This document shows, piece after piece, positions 40,590-52,724 of a DNA stretch of 64,000 nucleotides. The position numbers and the translations under genes were made by a program. The first letter of the stretch is position 1. Every line of letters begins with the position of its first letter. The notes beneath the pieces were generated by a model. The model saw only the letters and a program-made list of their open reading frames with translations. It searched no databases and was not told the origin of the DNA. Source of the stretch: Octopus sinensis (lineage: Eukaryota); the NCBI RefSeq assembly GCF_006345805.1, contig NC_043011.1, positions 29,400,464-29,464,463 on the forward strand, read 5' to 3'.

Positions 40590-40914
40590 ACTATGTGATT
40601 GCACTTCGAAGGTTACCCTCTGAGGCACAAGTCTGGGCAAGGTTGTTTATGGAAGACCAGCAGTCACTCATACATATTGGCCTCCCATCTTCATGCTACT
40701 AATGTTATCCAAGAGAAAGACAAAGGCTGATATACCTTGGTACTAATGATGTTGCAACTCATTTCTACAGCTGAGTGAGTGGCGTGAAATAAAGTGTCTT
40801 GCTCAAGAACACAGCACACAGCCCAGTCCGGGAATTGAACTCACTACTTCAGGATTGTGAGCCCGACACTTTGACCACTGAGCTATGTGCCTTCATGTAT
40901 ATATGTGTGTGTAC

Positions 40915-40945
<31 letters not shown>

Positions 40946-41270
40946 TGTATGTATGTATGTATGTATGTATGTATTATATAAAAAGGGTAAAAAGTAGTAA
41001 GACCTCCTTCGGTGATGAATAATCATAAGATTGCACTTAGGAAGCTACCTTCCAAGGCACATGTCTGGACAAGATTGTTTATAGAAGACCAGTGATCACC
41101 CAAAGATACCAGCCTCTCCTCTACACACCACCGATGTTATCCAAGGTAAAGGCAAATGCCAAATACAGCTTGGCACCAGTGATGTTGCAACTCGTTTCTA
41201 TAGCTGAGTGAACTGGAGCAATGTGATATAAAGTGTCTTGCTCAAGAGCACAACATCAGCCTGGTCCAGA
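40590..41270 (-). mobile_element. Two family D SINEs separated by (TATG)n
   Basis: Motif matches; a tRNA-like head lies at 40800-40890 on the minus strand. Confidence 0.75.
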
Positions 41271-41381
41271 TCTGGCAGACAGAAATCTAAAGCACCCATT
41301 GCATATGAATGTGTGTGTGTGTGTGTGTGTGTGAAGATAGATAGAGAGATAGATAAGACAGAGGTTTGAGACAGTATGGAT

Positions 41382-41674
41382 CAGGGCTGGCCAACCTGAG
41401 GCCCATGGGATGCATGCAGCCCACAGACTTTTATCTTGCAGCCTGCTTGATACTTTCTTGAGGTATTGTGCTCAATTTCAAAATAAAATTAAAATTTAGA
41501 AGTGGTAAAAAAGCAATAGCCTTCAATTTTATAATTAAACAAATGAAAAGTATGAAAAATTCTTGATTCTGTAATTTGATTATTTGGCTATTAGTGCGTA
41601 AAGTATACAAGCAGCCCCAGAAAACTTTCTGTGATTAAAGTGGCCTGCAATGTAATCTGAGTTGGCCAGACCTG
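41382..41674. mobile_element. hAT/Charlie-like MITE
   Basis: TIRs cagggctggccaac / gttggccagacctg. Confidence 0.75.
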
Positions 41675-41682
41675 CTCTAGAT

Positions 41683-42010
41683 CATTGGTTTTTTTTTTTT
41701 GCCAACCATTTTTGAATATGGACCCCTTTGATTTCTATTTTATTCAGGGAGAGGGACCCTCATAGCCATTCGATGTCTAAAAGCTCTTAATTATATTTTC
41801 ATGATTAAATATTATTTGGAACTGTATTTAAAAAAAAAAAAACTGTTAAAATATTTTGTGCTGAAATATGACCAGTTTATTGTACATAAATTTTAACCAA
41901 AAAATCTTATAAAGGACCGCTGAGTGTCATATAGATCTCTTAGAGCTATATGGTGCCCAAGAGCCATATGGACCCTCTAGGGTCATATAGAACCCAGGTG
42001 AGAACCACTG
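41683..42010. mobile_element. hAT-like MITE with an 8-bp TSD
   Basis: TSD ctctagat (41675-41682) and ctctggat (42011-42018); right end gagaaccactg. Confidence 0.75.
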
Positions 42011-43674
42011 CTCTGGATGGCTGTTTGACCTGGAAGAAATAGCAGCCAAATAACATCTAAAACAGTTTACTATCTTAAAATAATCCTTTCTACTAAGGGC
42101 AGAAGGCCTGATATTTTGCAGGTATGGAGCTAGTCGATTATATTGACTCCAGTACACAACTGGTACTTAATTTATTGATCTTGAAAGGACGAAAGGCAAA
42201 GTCGACCTTGGTGGAATTTGAACCCAGAATGATGAAGACATATGAAATACCACTAAGCATTTCACCTGGCGTGCTAACGATTCTGCTTGAGTGCTGCCTT
42301 ACTGTCTTAAAATGGCGACAGCTAAAACTACAATGTGTGATGAAGGGAGAGACAGAAAATGACTGAAAACAGAAAGGCCATGTGTTTGGGGCTGGAACTT
42401 CTATTATCATACATTGGGGGACAAAAGCTAACTTGGGGCTATAATATTATGACAACTACAACAACACAAAAGAATAAGGAGTGATTATAGTTTTGCAAAC
42501 ACATTGTTACCAAGAAATTTCTTTAAAAGTGCTCTTCTATATAATAAAAATCTGTGGTTACTTGACCAGATGGAAACAGTAGGCAAATTTCCTCAAATAA
42601 ACCATGCATCAACAGTTGTCCTGAAAAAAGAAGAGTGCATAAGAAAGTTTGGCCTTGGGTGGATTATGTCTCAATAAAAGACTCAATGGTAATGCCTTGA
42701 ATAGCTTTGAACATAGGATCAATGGATGTCACTGGATCAGGGCACCACCACTGTTTATAATAAGGAAGGAAAAACAAGATAAATGAATAATCATGCTCTC
42801 CACAAGCTCCAATGGAAGTCGAAAAAAATAGTGAGGCACTAGCAAACTATACATACAACCATACATACATACACATATATATGTGTAAGTGTGTGTGTGT
42901 GTGTGTATATGTGTGTGTGCATATATGTATATACATAATATATATATGTATAGGATTTAAGTATATGTGTGTGTGCATACATACACACACATACACACAC
43001 ACCTACATGCACACACACATAGATGTATGAGTATCAGAATCGTGATGCTTTTTTTAGATTAGGTATCACAGTTTGCAATGTTAACACAGATCCAATCCAG
43101 AGTATAAAATATATGTTGAAACAGGGTACTTAAAGATCAATGCAGAAAGAAGCAGCTATGACTGATTGAAGTAAATAATATAAATAAAAATAAACAAATA
43201 CACATAAAAGATGAGGTTATTAGATCAATCAATCTTTAATGTTTTAGTAATATATATCGAAGGTATCAAAATACATCAATAAAAAGAAAAGAAGAAAAAA
43301 GTAACATGAAATGAAACTTTTTTTCGCTACATTCCATCATTTCATAATTATCTCACACTCTGAATTGAAACATTGTTCCAATGCCAAAGTTAACAGTCCA
43401 ATCAATCTTTAATGTTCTGGTAATATAAGTTATTGGAGTCAGCTGTCGCAGTTTCCCAGCAAGATTACTGTGTGCTATTTGTGCTTGTTTCTTTTTTTTG
43501 CAAATGATTGGTCTAGAATTCAACCAACTGAAACTGAAGAAAGCCCCACGAGGGAGGTGGCTATGACAGCTGAAACCATCTTGAGGAGGTTGTGGTTGAT
43601 AAAAAACCACAGAACCTCAGATGTATTCCTTCAGCTGGAGAAAGCTAATTAAAGCATCCTATTGCTGCCCCAGT

Positions 43675-43925
43675 GGAGGTGCATGGCTTAATGGTTAGGG
43701 TGTTGAACTCATGATCGTAAGGTTGTGGTTTCGATTCCTAGACTGGGTGATGCATTGTGTTCTTGAGCAAAACACTTCATTTTCACATTGCTCCAGTCCA
43801 CTCAGCTGGCAAAAATGAGTAATCCTGCAACGGAGCGACATCCCGTCCAGGTGAGGAATTTCTACACCACTGAAACTGGGAAACCAGCCCTTATGAGCCT
43901 GGCATGGCTCGAGAAGGAACATTCA
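43675..43925 (+). mobile_element. Family D SINE with a tRNA-like head
   Basis: A-box-like tggcttaatgg and B-box-like gtttcgattcc, followed by the family D domain. Confidence 0.8.
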
Positions 43926-45481
43926 TTTTATTTCTATTGCTGCTCCATTAACACGAAGCATATAGTTTAGGGAACCAAAGACTCATGACCCTGAGATCCC
44001 TTATCAATATTCAGAAGGGCCCCTGACAATGTGATTGCTTTACTCCCATTCAAGAGAAAGAACCAGCAACATCTTTAATTAGCTCTGTTATAGCTCCTGT
44101 CCAAGTCATGCCAGTATAGAATAGAGGATGCAAAAATAATGATAGTAATGTTGCATATTTACAAGGGGGTGCTGAAAAGTTCCTGGCTTTAAAGGTATCC
44201 CAAAATTTAGAATTTACCTATATGATCCCTTGGCAAGGTTATGTGATAACTTGAACTTGAGGGCCAAATGGTCCACTGATAGATCTGAGGTGAAAACCAT
44301 TATTTATGTGATTCTTACCTCATATACCATAATGCATAAAAAATATGGCATCTATATGAAAATTAATTAAAATATTGTACTGTGATTGTACTGAAATGAC
44401 AAGGGACCGGAAGCTGATGGTGTGTAAAAGCACCCAATACATTCTGTAAAGTGGTTGGTGTTAGGAAGGGCTGCCAGCTGTAGAAACCATGCCAATTCAG
44501 ACATGGAGCCTGAACAGCCCTTCAACTGGTCAGCTCCTGTCAAACTGTCCAACTCATGCCAGTGAAGAAAATGAAGGTTAAATAATGATCTTTTCTATTC
44601 TGGGTACAAGGCTTGACATTTTTGGGGAAAGGGCCAGTTGATTAGATCAACCCCAGTACACAACTGGTTCTTAAGTTATCGACCCTGAAAGGATGAAAGC
44701 AAAGTCAACCTCGGCAGAATTTGAACTCAAAACTTAAAGACAGATGAAATAGCGCTAAGCATTTTGCCTGCCGTGCTAACGTTTCTTATTTCTTTATTGC
44801 CCACATGGGGCTAAACATAGAGGGGATAAATAAGGACTGACAAACGGATTAAGTCAATTACATCGACCCCAGTGCATAACTGGTACTTAATTTTTCGACC
44901 CTGAAAGGATGAAAAGCAAAGTCAACCTCGGCAGAATTTGAACTCAGAACATAATGACAGATGAAATACCGCTAAGCATTTTACCTGCTGTGTTAATGTT
45001 TCTGCCAGCTTGCCACCTTGAAGGTTAAATAATAATAATGATGATGATGATGATTAGTTCATTTGTTTTGCATTTTTTTTTCTATGTCAGCATAGGTTAG
45101 ACAAGACACTGATTACCCTGGAAGTGGCCCTGCATAGGAAAAATTTATTTGTTGTTGGCAGAAGTGACCCTATGGTTGAGAAGCTTGTTTTTGCAATCAC
45201 TAGATTCCAGCTTCAGTCTCTCTGCACGGAACCTTCGGTGGGCAAGTATTTTCTACTACAGCCCCAGGCTGACTGAAGCCTTGTGAGTTGATTTGATAGA
45301 CAAAAACTGAAAGAAGCCTGTCGTGTATGTGTGTGTGTGGGGGGAGAGATAGAGATAGAGAGTGAGTGAGAGAGAGAGAGAGAGAGTTAGTGTCTCCTTA
45401 TCTCAACATCACATGATAGTACAGTTCTATATTTAAATACGAAACTAAATATGAAACTAAATACAGTTCTATATTTATATA

Positions 45482-45604
45482 CGAAAACTAAAAGAAGCAG
45501 CATATATGCTAGGACACAGCAACCTCCTAAGCAGACTGAGTGCAGATATGAACAGCATATGGGAACCAGTATTAAGGAAAGATAGGAAAATATTAGATTT
45601 ATAA
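45482..45604 (+). pseudogene. C-terminal remnant of a Penelope-type GIY-YIG endonuclease
   Basis: RKLKEAAYMLGHSNLLSRLSADMNSIWEPVLRKDRKILDL* carries the RKxKEA...WxPxL pattern of PLE endonucleases. Confidence 0.65.
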
Positions 45605-45633
45605 ACCCTAAAATTCACTCCATAATTGCCCAC

Positions 45634-45705
45634 GGGCATATGATGTATTGGTTAAGAGCATGGGCTACTAATCCTAAGATTCCGAGTTTGATTCCAGGTA
45701 GTGAC
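45634..45705 (+). promoter_or_regulatory. tRNA-like segment with Pol III A/B-box-like motifs (not an intact tRNA)
   Basis: gggcata-TGATGTATTGG-ttaagagc...gaGTTTGATTCC-agg. The box spacing is tRNA-like but the acceptor stem is not restored. Confidence 0.6.
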
Positions 45706-45724
45706 TTGAATAATAATAATAATA

Positions 45725-45766
<42 letters not shown>

Positions 45767-45818
45767 CAACATTGAAAAATACCTTAGGAATGAGAACCCA
45801 GGTTCGAAATTTCCCCAA

Positions 45819-45864
45819 GACACCTGATGAAAGCTGGAGAGTATATCAGCCGAAACGTTGTGTC
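45819..45864 (+). ncRNA. Minimal type I hammerhead ribozyme
   Basis: GACAC-CTGATGA-aa-GCTG gagagtatat CAGC-c-GAAA-C-G-TT-GTGTC. Stem I has 5 bp, the core is canonical, stem III is the loopless ACGT palindrome and the triplet is GUU. Confidence 0.85.
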
Positions 45865-46374
45865 AACAACAAAAAAGATGAGGGCAAATATCCGTCAATT
45901 GTAAATAATGTAAATAATATCACATGATAGTTGCAAACAAGAGTCACAGTCGTACACAATGTCCTTCATCTCCAGCTTTCCATGTCTGGCCATGAAGAAA
46001 TATTAACTTGCTTTGGAAAAAAGTGAGGGGTGGAGACAGGAAGGACATTCCTCTCCTATAGAAAATCTGTTTCAACAAATTCCACCTGAATCATGTGAGT
46101 ATGGCAAAATGGAGGTTAAAAATTTTGACAACAATGATGATGATGATAATAATGATGGTGGTGTTGGTGGTTGTGGCGGTGGTGATGGTGGTGGTGGTGA
46201 TGGTGAGCTACATATTTCAGAAATATTTGTTTCAGTAACATTTGGATAGTGAGTTCACTTCCTGGGAGATAAAGCATGAAGAAGAATTGGCTCACCAGTG
46301 ACTGGGTTGGCTTTAGATATTCCCATTGTCTGTAGAATAATGTCTCAAGAGGTGCCAGTAGATTACATATGAAC

Positions 46375-46464
46375 CTGTATGGTACTTGACACTATAACCA
46401 TATGCATCTTGTATTTCAGATTCAAGACTTATTTCAATAGCTCTTGTTGGACTAATAGACAAAT
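46375..46464 (-). CDS. Candidate small exon, unidentified
   Basis: Acceptor ctaat...cctcactcctccacAG; weak donor CAG/gttcat; 90 nt, phase 1-1, open frame LSISPTRAIEISLESEIQDAYGYSVKYHT. Confidence 0.2.
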
Positions 46465-48109
46465 CTGTGGAGGAGTGAGGTGGGTATTAGCTGCCATATT
46501 CAGAAAATGAAAGTAAATAATTTACCTACTTCTGAATGAAGGAGGGACAAAAAGAAAAGAGAGACGAGGAGATGAGATGAAAGGAAAAGAGGGGAGAGCA
46601 GAGGAGAAGAAAGAGATGCAGAAGAGAGGAAAAAAAGAGAAAATAATATAAAAATGTTCAGAATGTAAATGAAATAGAGAACTAACAAAAATGAAATAGT
46701 CAAAGAAAATGGTAAGAGAAATAGCAAAGAGAAGAATATTTGGCCATCAGCTATGATTCATCTTGAAATAACGAAGGAAGACTTAGAAAGATGCTGCTAA
46801 ATATTAATCATAGAAGTATAACGCCTCACAGCCAAATTGAAATCAAGTTGTTAAATACAGTTAATGTCAGAAGTATAAATCCTCACAGACAATACAGGAA
46901 TAAAGCAGAAGCAGATCTAAAACTTGTCTAGTTTATACTAACAAGGACAACAACCCAACTTCAACAACCATTGTCTATATAACAAAGGGTTATATAGACC
47001 CTTTGCTGTCTCTGTAACAGGCACTTCTTGGTTCTTTGTTGTTATTGGTAAGCACCAAGATGCTTCTAGCAATCAAGCTAAGAAATTGCACCACCACCAC
47101 CCCGTAATTTTTGTTTAATGTTCAGGTAAGTTTATATTGTCTACAGACATTTGATCTCCCTTGTGCTACTAATATCCTTGGATATGATACAATTCTACTT
47201 CATTCCTTTTTAAAGACCTTTTTACAAGAGGAAAAGACTTATTAAATAACATAATCCTAAATATATGGTCTGAAAATCAAGGTTGGATGGTCATTGCTTT
47301 TTTTTTTTTTTTCTGTTTTCCTATTTTATCAGTAAAGCCTGCAGGAAGGAACTGGGTTCATAGACTTTGTAAACTTTTTGAAGATGAAAAGATTAATGGA
47401 TTGATGCTGTTTAACATCCTGCTTAAGGTGGTAAAGTCTGTAGCACAGTGTACAAAATATTTAGCAGCATTTCTTCCTGTTCTTTATACATTCTGAGTTC
47501 AAATCCTGCCTAAGTCAGCTTTTTCTTTCCTTCATGAGCTGTCAATAAAATAACATACAAGTCGATATAATTATCATTTTCTTTGCCTTTAAAATTGTTG
47601 AATTTGGGCCCCCTGCCATGGACTGGTGTCCTGTTCAGGGGGATGTTGCCATCTCAGTCATTTACATGCAATGAAAATTGGGTTAAACTGACCTAAAAAA
47701 TCCTACGGCTCAAGAAAAATAAAAACAAAAACTTTCTGTTTAAACTGTTGCAAGTCAATAATTGTAATCATGATATGGGCAGGGAGGGAATCCCAGGAGA
47801 CAGAAAATACTGAGAGTAGGGGTTAGTGGAGAACCTGGATAACTGGACATAACATGGAGTGAGAGGAGAAAAGATAAGTGAGACAATGATATCTGAGTGG
47901 TGGTGGTGGTGGGGGGGGGGCATAAAAACCAGCTGGCTCTGAGATGCAGAGGCCATTGTGATAGAAATAGGGAGAACAGACTGAAGGGACAATATGTCTG
48001 TGAGACAGGGATCAGAAGATTAATATATAGATCTATGGTTATAGGCATGCATAGCAAGGCTATCCTGGGGTTAAACAACAACAGCAACTAGACCTAAGCC
48101 AACCTTTTT

Positions 48110-48530
48110 TATCTTTTTATCTTTTACTTGTTTCAGTCATTGGACTGTGGCCATGCTGGGGCACTGCCTTGTAGGGTTTAGATGAACCAATTGACCTCAG
48201 TACTAATTTAATTTTAAAGTCTGATGGTTGTTCTATTGGTCTCTCTTTGCCAAACACTATGTTGTCGCGACGTAAACAAACCAGTACTGGTTAGCAAATA
48301 ATGAGGAACAAGCACAAAGATACCCACACACCCACACACACAACACGCTCACACATGCACTCATATATCTATACAACAGATTTCTACAAAGTTCCCATCT
48401 ACCAAATTCAGTCTGAAAGCATTGGTCAGCTTGGGGCAACAGTAGAAGACACTTGCCCAAGGTACTACACAGTGGGACTGAACTCAAAACCATGTGGTTG
48501 CAAAGTGAGCCCCTTAACCACACAAACAAG
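48110..48530 (-). mobile_element. Degenerate family A SINE
   Basis: Motif match. Confidence 0.75.
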
Positions 48531-48724
48531 CCTGTTACTAACATTAAAAGATTTTCAAAGAAAGCTAACAAAGTGAAAAAACACCAGTTCTAATTTTCTT
48601 AAATATAAATATGTTGATGGTTTTTAGCATTGATTCAAAGCCCTTCATTTTGGGGGAAGATGAATATTTGATAACACTGTCAATAGCATTCCCTAGAGAT
48701 GATTTTTATTGGCCTAGGAGGATA

Positions 48725-49150
48725 AAGAACAAGTTTGACCTTGGAAAGATGGGAACTTGTTATGTAACAGGCAGTTTATCTTCCTTTCAACCAATTCTCC
48801 CATATGCTTAACTTAACTCATTATGATTTCAAATTTTGGTGCAGAGCTAGAAGTTTTTGAGAGGATGGTGTGGGTGTGGGGGAGTCAATTACATCAACCC
48901 TAGTATTTGAATGATGTTTATTTTATCAACCTTGAAAGAAGGAAAGACAAATTTGACCTTGGAAGGATGGGATCTTGGTATATAACAGGCATTTAATTTT
49001 CCTCTCAACCAATTCTCCCATATGCTTAACTTAACTCAGTATGTTTTCAAATTTTGGCACAGAGCCAGAATTTTTAAAGAGGATGGGAGGGGAATTGATT
49101 GCATCAAACCCTGTACTTATTTTATCAACCCTGAAAGGATGAAAGACAAA
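48725..49150 (+). repeat. Tandem duplication with a unit of about 230 bp (includes family B SINE parts)
   Basis: tcaaccaattctcccatatgcttaacttaactca occurs at about 48788 and about 49005 with homologous flanks. Confidence 0.8.
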
Positions 49151-50039
49151 GCTGACCTCGGAGGAATTTGAGCTATGAACATAATGAAATGCCACTAAGC
49201 ATTTTGTCCAGCTTGTTAATGACTCGTTCAGCTTGCCACCTTATATGTTTTACTTATTATAATGGTGATGACTGCTTACATCATCACCACCAACCCTACC
49301 ATCACCACAGTCTTCATCAATTATTTTGTCAGATTTCATTAAGGAAATAATTCAAAGCACTTATTTATGTTAAAATTGTTTTGTTTCACTTTCACATTAC
49401 ACGACATAATTCAATAAAGGAACCTCTAAGTGGCTGATTAACCAGTTGATAATAGCAGCCAAAACTCCCTAAAGCTAATTCATAGGAAAATGATCAAATG
49501 CATACCAGCATCCTTATTCTGTTACAGAAATTCTTGTTATGGTAACAGTAATTGTTCTATTGTTTTGTTTATTTAAAAAAAAATTCTTTAGAAATGTCTT
49601 GCAGTTTACAATATGGAAGTCAAAAGGGAAAAATGGTTTCCCATTATGGAATTCCCTGATTACAGCAAAGCTTTCAGGAATCCAATCTTTCTGTGAAACA
49701 GCAATTACCATATTGTGAAAAGCAATTCTGTAAAACCACATCCCCTAAAAGAGGACAATATGGTGTTGAACACTAGAAAATTCAACATGAACCACAGAAA
49801 GAAGATTCCATGTCATTGAGGGTGAATCTTTTTAGACCTGCAGGCCCAATTTTAATTTACTCTCATCATGTGCCACATCTAAAAACATCAGTGATCCACA
49901 TCTAGGACAATGGGATAAAGGTAAAGGTAACCTCTAGCCATGCTGACTCGGAAGGGCCGGTTTCCCAGTTTCCATGCTATGTAAATTCCCCACCTGGATG
50001 GGATGCCAGTCCACCACATGATTACTCACTTTTGCCATT

Positions 50040-50264
50040 GACCGTTATGTAAACCTCCTCGAGGAATGTGAAGACACAGGCTGGAAACTGGAGCATTTTC
50101 CAATTGCAGTTGGATGTAGAGGGTTTGTTGGACACAGTGTGAGACAACTGTTGTTATTGTTTGGCCTAACTCATCATAAGGTAAATACCACCATGACCGA
50201 TATCCAAACTACAGTGGAGAAGGCTAGCCACTGGATTTGGTTAAAAAGAGATGATGAGCGATGA
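50040..50264 (+). pseudogene. HERO/R2-like RLE retrotransposon C-terminal fossil
   Basis: Open frame DRYVNLLEECEDTGWKLEHFPIAVGCRGFVGHS...VEKASHWIWLKR (VGCRGF and ASxWIWxKR motifs). Confidence 0.75.
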
Positions 50265-51082
50265 CTAGAAGAATATTGAGCTTTATTTGATAACCAGCTG
50301 ATCTAGCAAGCAGGGCTTCATATCAGTGAGGGGGGCTGGTGCACAATGATGCTGTCGAGAGGTAGGCCCCTAAATGGCACACATTCTCTCCTGATGACCC
50401 CATACACTTGCTGGCTTCTGGTATGCAGAGTTCTTGACTGGTAGCACTTGTATGTGCAAGTTGTTTGCATGACATCTTACTCATTTTTGCCAGCTGAATG
50501 AATTGCAACAACGTAAAATGAAGTGTTTTGCTCAAGAACACAATGCGTTGCCCAGTCCAGGAATTAAAACCACAATCTTAACGATCATGAGTCCAACACC
50601 CTAACTACTAAGCCATGTGCCTCCACTAACAGAAGGCCTGGTTTACCTGGTGCTGCTGCTTCATGTAGAAATTAGGCAAGCAGGGTCACAATCACCACTG
50701 TGATAACAAAGATGAACAATGGTTTAAAATATTTGGAGCCATTTATTTTCTACTTGTATGTAACATAGTGCAGGTGTACTGTGTGTATATACAAATGTAT
50801 TGCAAGTGTACAGTAGAAAAACTTTACTGGCTTATTGTTCTAGAAGCAGCAGAAAATTGGTCACACTGGTACAAAGCCATGTTTGCAGTAACATGAAATA
50901 ACCAAAGAAGAACACAACACACTGCCCAGTCAGGGAACTGGACCCATGATCTAACAATTGTGAGTGCAACAGCCTAACCACTAGGCCACATGCCTTCAAT
51001 ATATATACATATACATATACACACACACACACACATATATATATATACACACACACACATATACATACATATATATATATAT

Positions 51083-51400
51083 ATAACGGGAAGCTTTATG
51101 AAAATAGACAAAAGACGAAGGCAGGTGGAAAACAAACAAACAATTGTATTAGTATGGCGCTCAGGAAATATAAATAAAACAAGTCGTTAACGTTTCGAGC
51201 CTACGCTCTTCAACAGAAAGATACACAGAGAGAAAAAAAACACAGAAAGAAGGAGAGAAAAAAAATGCGTGCAGTAACTAACGAATCAACATGGCGATCT
51301 GATTTCGGCCAGAAGCCAAAGATCAAACATGAGACGCGAGAGCGAAATAAGGGGAGATAATAGGGTTGAATGACCACCTATTAGTGCGTAGGAGGGGTCT
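51083..51400 (-). mobile_element. Penelope-like 3' end (minus strand)
   Basis: The hammerhead is followed by ttcctgagcgccatactaatacaattg, similar to the tail at 51855. Confidence 0.6.
51184..51221 (-). ncRNA. Minimal hammerhead motif (CUGUUGA core variant)
   Basis: TCTTT-CTGTTGA-A-GAGC gtag GCTC-GAAA-C-G-TT-AACGA. Confidence 0.65.
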
Positions 51401-51453
51401 GGACGTGTGTATGTATAGGGTTGGTGTATGTATTAGTATGTATTAGTATGTAT

Positions 51454-51490
<37 letters not shown>

Positions 51491-51737
51491 AGAGAGTATT
51501 AGTGCGTAGGATAGGTCTGGACAGGCGTATGTATGGGGTTAGTGTATGTATTAGTATGGCACATCATATATGATGGAATGTGTAAAGTCGTGTGGTGTAA
51601 TGAGGAGAAGAGGGGGAGGGGGAGAAGGGGAGGGGAGGGGGGAAGAGGAGGGGGGATATATATGTATGTATATATATATATATACATATATATATATCTA
51701 TATATATATACATATATCTATATATTTATATATATAG

Positions 51738-51956
51738 GTGACCACGTGTGTACCATTGGCGATTTTTTTCCCTCTGTCTTCCCTTCTCTGGATCTTTCCT
51801 TTTCCTATGTTTCTGACAAAGAGCTCCACTCGAAACGTTAAACCCTCCTTCTTTCCTTCTTTCCTGAGCGTCCAATAATACTATAATTGTTCCACGTCCT
51901 CGCGTTGTGTTTTTTATGTGCTTTCATGTTTGGATTAACTATATATATATATACAC

Positions 51957-52029
<73 letters not shown>

Positions 52030-52070
52030 TTTTTTTGTGCTTTCATGTTTGGATTAACTATATATATATA
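51738..52070 (+). mobile_element. Penelope-like 3' end (plus strand) with a duplicated terminal tail
   Basis: Hammerhead plus tail; tgctttcatgtttggattaactata occurs at about 51920 and about 52039. Confidence 0.6.
51809..51843 (+). ncRNA. Decayed minimal hammerhead motif
   Basis: GTTT-CTGACAA-A-GAGC tcc ACTC-GAAA-C-G-TT-AAAC; the G8 to A change is consistent with CpG decay. Confidence 0.65.
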
Positions 52071-52092
52071 TACACACATATATATATACATA

Positions 52093-52151
<59 letters not shown>

Positions 52152-52189
52152 ATGTATGTATGTATAAAGCAGTAAAAATATCACAAAAA

Positions 52190-52227
52190 CTGTTACTCAG
52201 AGTTTCACGTTCCCATTCATCGTACAG
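52190..52227 (-). ncRNA. Type I hammerhead motif (first core base mutated)
   Basis: CTGT-ACGATGA-ATG ggaa CGT-GAAA-CTC t GAG-TA-ACAG. All three stems form, but C3 is replaced by A. Confidence 0.65.
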
Positions 52228-52607
52228 TTTTGTTTAGAATGGAGCAAGATAAAGTTATATGCAGTAATACAATTACTTTGATAGCTAGACATTTGAAAAT
52301 GGTTTTGTTTCATTGGTTCTTTCAACTAACGGTCTTTCCAATAACTGGTTGCATGAAATAACAAAATGCGGTTTAAAATCATAAGAAAACCTTAAATCAA
52401 AAATAGCTTATGAAGAAGGAAAAAGGCCTGAATACCCAGGGGTAAATATTTAGCTGTAAAAGTAATAATAAATTAATAAACTAAATGATATATCCGTTTC
52501 AAAACCTTTCACACTAAAATACATATACATTAAAAAAATATTTACTCTACCTCTGGTATTCGAGCACTACTTTTTCCACCTTGTTTCGTATTTATGTGCT
52601 TACTCTG

Positions 52608-52646
<39 letters not shown>

Positions 52647-52724
52647 TCAAAGTTTATAGTGCTGTAGATTCATTTCTAGCAATTTTAACTATTGGTTTTA
52701 CACTAGGCATTAAATTAGCTGATA

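Larger units (their letters stand above)
45421..45918 (+). mobile_element. 5'-truncated Penelope-like element: GIY-YIG tail, tRNA-like head, (AAT)n and hammerhead, bounded by a 13-bp TSD
   Basis: TSD atcacatgatagt at 45408-45420 and 45919-45931; inserted into a family A SINE. Confidence 0.8.

Noticed and set aside
40800-40890. tRNA-like sequences at SINE heads (also 43675-43750 and 45634-45705)
   Set aside because: The acceptor stems are not intact and they run directly into repeat bodies, so they are not tRNA genes.
44160-44196. Solo mariner-type TIR (tacaagggggtgctgaaaagttcctggc)
   Set aside because: No partner TIR or body could be found, so it is not called as an element.
50637-50700. 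Strong minus-strand acceptor/donor pair enclosing 51 nt
   Set aside because: Stop codons occur in all three frames; at most a non-coding exon.
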